Below are positions 59,800-64,000 of a stretch of 64,000 nt of DNA, one piece after another. Numbering within the stretch: position 1 is the stretch's first letter; each line of letters starts with the position of its first letter. The DNA comes from Candidatus Gottesmanbacteria bacterium (lineage in GTDB: Bacteria > Patescibacteriota > Microgenomatia > UBA10105 > UBA927), in NCBI GenBank assembly GCA_963701185.1, contig OY969569.1, positions 116,392 through 180,391 on the forward strand, read 5' to 3'. The notes under the pieces were generated by a model, which saw only the letters and a list, made by a program, of their open reading frames with translations, ran no database searches and was not told where the DNA came from. A program made the position numbers and the translations under genes.

Positions 59800-60990
59800 A
59801 TGCAGTCTATTATGATTAAGCTCATAAAATCTACGTTCTTTAATGAGGCAAAAACCAAGCAGGAACTTACGAAATTTATTCTTGGCGCCGATAAATTGAG
59901 CATTGGAACTGAATGCCGTACGTTTGAAAAACACTTTGCATCATATCAGGGGAAAAAACACTGCGTATTCGTCAATAGCGGGAGTTCAGCAAATCTTGCA
60001 CTTATTCAGGCGCTTCTGAATACCGGCAGATTAAAAAAGGGCGATCGTGTGGGTTTTTCCGCCCTCACGTGGTCCACGAACGTCATGCCTCTTATTCAAT
60101 TGGGTCTTGTGCCCGTGCCGGTTGATATTGAGCTGGATACACTGAATGTTTCGTCCAAAACGTTTGCCACGCTTATAAAGAAACACCCGGTGAAAGCCTT
60201 ATTCCTCACAAATCTTCTTGGTTTCTGCGACGATATCGATGCGATTGCACGGTTGTGCAGGAAAAACAATATTATTCTGATTGAAGATAACTGCGAATCA
60301 CTAGGGACGGTCTATAAAGGAAAAAAACTTGGGAATTACGGTATTGCATCAACATTCTCATTTTATGTCGGACATCACATGTCGACGGTTGAGGGCGGGG
60401 CAGTGGTCACCGACGATGATGAGCTTGCCACTATGCTGCATTTAGTGCGTGCTCACGGATGGGATAGGAACTTGACGGAAGAAAAGCAGCTTTTTTTGCG
60501 ACTTAAGCATAACGTGAACTCAACGTTTTATTCCCGGTATACATTTTATGACCTCGGATATAATTTTCGCACCACGGAAATCCAGGGATTCTTGGGGAAT
60601 AATCAGCTTCGATATCTTCCGCGGATCGTCCGGTTACGTGAACAAAATTTCATGACTCTGGCAAAAGCAATATATTCACGTACAGACCTCTTTTATCCCA
60701 TACGGTTTACCCATATAGATATCATCTCGAATTTTGCCGTTCCGGTGATCTGTCGAACACGGGCGATTCGTGATCGTTTCGTTGAGGCTTGTAACGGGAA
60801 AGTTGAGATTCGTCCGATTGTCGGCGGGGATATGACGCGGCAGCCATTTTTCCATAAATACTTTCCGCTGCAAAACAGAATTCAACCGGTGAATGCACGA
60901 TTGGTGCATGAACAGGGCCTGTATTTCGGAAATAATCCTGAACTCACGAAGAAAGAAATTCAAACCATTATTAAGATTTTTACCGGATAG
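59800..60990 (+). CDS. DegT/DnrJ/EryC1-family PLP/PMP enzyme with His replacing the Schiff-base Lys. Putative nucleotide-sugar 3-dehydratase (ColD/E1-like)
   Basis: The fold-type I sugar aminotransferase family motif is SF(H/Y)xxKxxxxxEGG. Here it reads SFYVGHHMSTVEGG, with His at the Lys position. 396 aa with no extra Cys cluster, which is closer to ColD than to E1. Confidence 0.65.
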   Translation: MQSIMIKLIKSTFFNEAKTKQELTKFILGADKLSIGTECRTFEKHFASYQGKKHCVFVNSGSSANLALIQALLNTGRLKKGDRVGFSALTWSTNVMPLIQLGLVPVPVDIELDTLNVSSKTFATLIKKHPVKALFLTNLLGFCDDIDAIARLCRKNNIILIEDNCESLGTVYKGKKLGNYGIASTFSFYVGHHMSTVEGGAVVTDDDELATMLHLVRAHGWDRNLTEEKQLFLRLKHNVNSTFYSRYTFYDLGYNFRTTEIQGFLGNNQLRYLPRIVRLREQNFMTLAKAIYSRTDLFYPIRFTHIDIISNFAVPVICRTRAIRDRFVEACNGKVEIRPIVGGDMTRQPFFHKYFPLQNRIQPVNARLVHEQGLYFGNNPELTKKEIQTIIKIFTG

Positions 60991-61051
60991 ATGTATCATT
61001 GTGAGAGTATTCTCTTCTCCCATTAAAAATGTTGGTTATTTCGGCTATCGG

Positions 61052-61825
61052 ATGATAGCACCTCTTTTCGACCCGATTAAATTTTTCTACGGATTAACAG
61101 GGTACGCATGGTTTATCCGTGATTGGATGAGATATAAAAGGTTTGCTCCGAAAGAAAAAATCGCCGGCATCAACCTCTTTCCTATTCTTGACGAGAAAGT
61201 TTCTCTTACGCCGTTTGATGCGCATTATTATTATCAGGAAATATGGGCAATGAAACGGATTTTAGCGCGGAAACCAAAAAAACATATAGATCTGGCGTCA
61301 AAATACAATTTCAGCGGGTACCTTTCCCAGTTTCTTCCCGTAGATTTTGTTGATTTGCGGCCGATTAACGCACATCTTCCGGGATTAACGATCATAAAGG
61401 CCGACATTCTCCGCCTTCCGTATAAAAGTAATTCCCTGTCCTCATTATCAAGCCTACATGTTATTGAGCATATCGGTTTGGGCCGGTACGGCGATGCTGT
61501 AGACCCTGAAGGAACCAAAAAAGCGATTAAGGAAATGATCCGTGTTGTGAAACCGGGCGGTTATATATATCTTTCTTTGCCAATCGGCGAATACAGAATG
61601 TGCTTTAACGCGCATCGTATTCATACTCCCGAAATGATTATTGAAGGATTTACTAAATGTAAACTTGTTGAGTTTTCCGTTGTCGATGATGAGGGAAACT
61701 TATATGAAAAGGCAGACTGGAGAAACTACGGGAAAATCCATTATGGCTGCGGCCTCTTTATTTTTCGGAAAAGAAATCGGGTAAGCCCGCCAAGCAAGAG
61801 AATTCCGGCCTTAATGAAAGAATAA
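61052..61825 (+). CDS. Hypothetical protein, possible methyltransferase-fold (DUF268-like)
   Basis: The ORF is open from 60893 but overlaps the DegT gene. Likely start is GTG 61001 or ATG 61052. VVKPGGYIYLSLPIG resembles an MTase post-motif. No canonical GxGxG. Confidence 0.4.
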   Translation: MIAPLFDPIKFFYGLTGYAWFIRDWMRYKRFAPKEKIAGINLFPILDEKVSLTPFDAHYYYQEIWAMKRILARKPKKHIDLASKYNFSGYLSQFLPVDFVDLRPINAHLPGLTIIKADILRLPYKSNSLSSLSSLHVIEHIGLGRYGDAVDPEGTKKAIKEMIRVVKPGGYIYLSLPIGEYRMCFNAHRIHTPEMIIEGFTKCKLVEFSVVDDEGNLYEKADWRNYGKIHYGCGLFIFRKRNRVSPPSKRIPALMKE

Positions 61826-62694
61826 ATAAAAAGAACATTGTCCGACAGAAGTTTGCCGATGAGGCTGATTAAAAATAGCGGCTTGCGGTAAAAAGGTATT
61901 GTCGATCGTACTATATGCAGTGATCCGTAGTACCAATCACAGAGAAACATTATCGGAAAAAGCAAATATCGAAAAGCTTTTTGAAATAGCATTCCTGATA
62001 GTCTAACCTCAGATAGGTTCTGGTATACGGAAAGATACATGCCATTATCCCGTATAAAAAAAAGATTCTTCGGTACATAAAGCAAATCTCCCTGTAATAA
62101 AAGAAAAATTGCCAGGGAGTTATCATACCCTTTTATTCCGAATGGTCTTTTTTCATGCATGACCCGTCTAAAATTATCAATAAATCGTCGTGTTCTGCGG
62201 TGTATGCCGTAGAGCAGTACCGAAACGCATTCGGGGTGCAGCAGATACGTATAAAAAGAGGCAGTCGGGCGGCTTACGCGCCGGAAAAAAACCGGAATGG
62301 GAAATGACCGGTGCTTTGTAAAAAGCGTTGTGTCAGTAATTGCTGTTGTAGATTTTGGATTTTGCTCTAACAGCGGGATAAGCTCTGATATCCATGTTTT
62401 GCCGCGTATATCATCGTCCGAAGCCCAAAAAAAATATTTACCTCTGGCCTTTTCTAAAACAAATAAGGAATTTTCCCCTACTCCAAGGTTTGCGCGCTGT
62501 CTATAATAGCGAATGCGTCTGTCTTTTTTAAGATATTCTTTACATACGCCTGCAGTAGTATCAGTTGAATGATTATCGGAGATAATTATTTCGACGTTTT
62601 TATAATCAAGGCTCGTGAGATTAGCAAGACACGCTTTAAGATCTTCAGCGCGGTTATATGTCGGAACGCCGATGCTTACAAGTGGCTTATCCAT
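61741..62694 (-). CDS. GT2 glycosyltransferase
   Basis: VSIGVPTYNRAEDL...IIISDNHSTDTT...WASDDDI. The 3' end overlaps the 3' end of the 61052 gene by 85 nt. Confidence 0.85.
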   Translation of the reverse strand: MDKPLVSIGVPTYNRAEDLKACLANLTSLDYKNVEIIISDNHSTDTTAGVCKEYLKKDRRIRYYRQRANLGVGENSLFVLEKARGKYFFWASDDDIRGKTWISELIPLLEQNPKSTTAITDTTLFTKHRSFPIPVFFRRVSRPTASFYTYLLHPECVSVLLYGIHRRTRRFIDNFRRVMHEKRPFGIKGYDNSLAIFLLLQGDLLYVPKNLFFIRDNGMYLSVYQNLSEVRLSGMLFQKAFRYLLFPIMFLCDWYYGSLHIVRSTIPFYRKPLFLISLIGKLLSDNVLFIYSFIKAGILLLGGLTRFLFRKIKRPQP

Positions 62695-62750
62695 AAAAAT
62701 TACTGTTCACATTATATACGAATATAAGTGACATGGTATACTAAACGCGT
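62695..62750 (+). promoter_or_regulatory. Divergent promoter region. Candidate extended -10 (TGgTATACT) for the Fcl-like gene
   Basis: ...GTGACATGGTATACTAAACGCGT ATG. TGnTATACT lies about 12 nt upstream of ATG 62751. Confidence 0.3.
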
Positions 62751-63725
62751 ATGAATAACTTTTTCCGGTCAAAAAAGGTTTTAGTCACAGGGGGTACAGG
62801 TTTTATCGGAAGCCACGTTGTGGAAAAGCTGGTTGCCTTGGGTGCACGGGTGACGGTCCTTGACCGGATACGAAACGGACGGATTAAACATATTCCCCAT
62901 TTGAAGGACAGGGTAAAATTTATCCAGGGCGACTGTGCGGATCCCGCAGCGGCGTTTGATGCATGTAAGAAACAGGAAATTGTCATGAATCTTGCCGCAC
63001 GTGTCGGCGGAATCGGTTTTAACCGCGATCATCAGGGGACGATGCTGTACAACAATTTAGATATTGAATCTACCATGATGGAGGCTGCCCGGAAAGCAGA
63101 GGTGGAAAGATTTCTGGTTATTTCATCCGCGTGCGTTTACCCGCACGATGCAAAAATCCCGACGCCGGAATCGGAAGGGTTCCGCGGTGAACCGGAAGAG
63201 ACAAACGGTGGTTATGGTTGGGCCAAGCGCATGGCAGAGAAGCTTGGGAAATATTATGCGGAAGAATTCGGTATGAAAGTCGGCATCGTCCGGCCCTACA
63301 ATGCCTACGGGCCACGTGATCATTTCGATCCTGCAAGTTCCCACGTCATACCGGCACTCATCAAACGCGTGATGGACGGCGAGAATCCCGTTGTTGTCTG
63401 GGGGAGCGGAAAGCAGACCAGGGCTTTTTTGTATGTGGAAGATGTAGCGGACGGCATGATCCGCGCGATTGAAAAATATCCGATACCTGACCCCGTGAAT
63501 CTCGGAACTGACGAGGAGGTATCCGTAGCGGATCTAATAAAAAAGATTATCCGTATTTCAGGAAAGAAAACCATTGTTCGGTTCGACCGGACAAAACCGG
63601 ACGGCAGCCCGAGACGCAATAGCGATAATACAAAAGCGAAAGAAAAAATAGGTTTTGAAGCTTCTACACCGCTGGATGTGGGCCTTCAAAAGACAATCGA
63701 CTATTATTGTATGATTGATTCATAA
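62751..63725 (+). CDS. GDP-L-fucose synthase family SDR (Fcl/GMER-like; ColC-like epimerase/reductase candidate)
   Basis: [14 protein letters not shown]. Blocks [67 protein letters not shown] align with conserved E. coli Fcl blocks ([67 protein letters not shown]). Confidence 0.8.
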   Translation: [324 protein letters not shown]

Positions 63726-64000
63726 TACTTCTCATATCTATATTTTTTAGCAAGAAGAAGAGATTTTTTCTGGAAAAGAGGATATTTCTGCATCAGTTGA
63801 TGTACCGCACCGACGAATTCCGCCGAATGATATGGAATAACTATTCCGGCTTGGCTGCGGGAGATTTCTTTCGAAAAATCGAATACGTTTGTTGTTATGA
63901 CTGGCAATCCCACCTCGATATATTTTTTTATTTTCGATGGGTCGCTGTAGTATGTTACGTTCGCTTTATCGGGGACGTAAGGAGCTATTCCGATATGACA
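63704..64000 (-). CDS. GT4 glycosyltransferase, C-terminal fragment (N-terminus beyond window end)
   Basis: The minus-strand frame is open to nt 64000. ...IGIAPYVPDKANVTYYSDPSKIKKYIEVGLPVITTNV... is the GT4 C-domain motif. Overlaps the Fcl-like gene's 3' end by 22 nt. Confidence 0.6.
   Translation of the reverse strand, partial: CHIGIAPYVPDKANVTYYSDPSKIKKYIEVGLPVITTNVFDFSKEISRSQAGIVIPYHSAEFVGAVHQLMQKYPLFQKKSLLLAKKYRYEKYYESIIQ

Noticed and set aside
1-64000. CRISPR arrays, tRNA/rRNA genes, rho-independent terminators
   Set aside because: There are no regularly spaced direct repeats. Non-coding gaps are all under 60 nt and none folds into a cloverleaf-sized or GC-hairpin-plus-U-tract structure on inspection.
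1-64000. Alternative genetic code (TGA recoding), as in some candidate phyla
   Set aside because: TGA functions as the stop at numerous ATGA junctions and the proteins terminate at conserved C-termini. The standard code fits.

Overview
The 64-kb window is one densely packed, mostly plus-strand cell-envelope glycosylation island. It uses the standard genetic code (TGA stops at ATGA junctions) and is about 45-48% GC, with a lower-GC block from about 50.8 to 62.7 kb.

Gene inventory:
- Nucleotide-sugar genes. The 5' end carries dTDP-rhamnose genes (rfbB truncated by the window edge, rfbD), UDP-glucose 6-dehydrogenase, and a short Gmd/Rmd-family dehydratase. The 3' end carries a DegT-family enzyme with His in place of the PLP lysine (ColD/E1-type 3-dehydratase signature) and a GDP-fucose-synthase (Fcl/ColC) family reductase.
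- Glycosyltransferases. About 13 GT2 genes, several of them Dpm1-like polyprenol-phosphate sugar synthases (one fused to a GtrA-type flippase domain), 5 GT4 genes and 2 Wzx-like flippases.
- GT-C-like membrane proteins. An extraordinary array of about 22 polytopic membrane proteins in at least 5 paralogous families: ArnT/PMT-like 'DE-motif' proteins in three subfamilies, YfhO-like proteins, an 'HD...GYGYP' family, and others. Many are joined by 4-nt ATGA stop/start overlaps.

No rRNA, tRNA or CRISPR is visible.

Most notable observations:
1. A 437-bp low-GC cassette encodes a 'four-helix-bundle / 23S-rRNA-intervening-sequence' family protein. It is bounded by a 26-bp imperfect inverted repeat (22/26 matching).
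2. Three further solo copies of that repeat's 18-26 bp core lie within 10 kb, inserted in-frame in three unrelated membrane or secreted protein genes. Each encodes '(V/A)YCLLS', and one adds exactly 6 codons relative to its paralogue.
3. Two homopolymer-associated frame disruptions (G6T5 and T6) split or truncate GT-C paralogues.
4. Two different membrane-protein families share a C-terminal 'YxPGW...VDG...YRAD..FRAV.VP.G.H.V.F.Y' module.
5. Five convergent gene pairs overlap or abut without terminators, and there is one 19-bp divergent junction.
6. A likely complete GDP-3,6-dideoxyhexose (colitose-like) pathway (Gmd family, His-type 3-dehydratase, Fcl/ColC family) is split between the two ends of the island.

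The organism cannot be identified from the window. Gene packing and the content are compatible with a small-genome, glycosylation-heavy lineage such as CPR/Patescibacteria. This is inference only.
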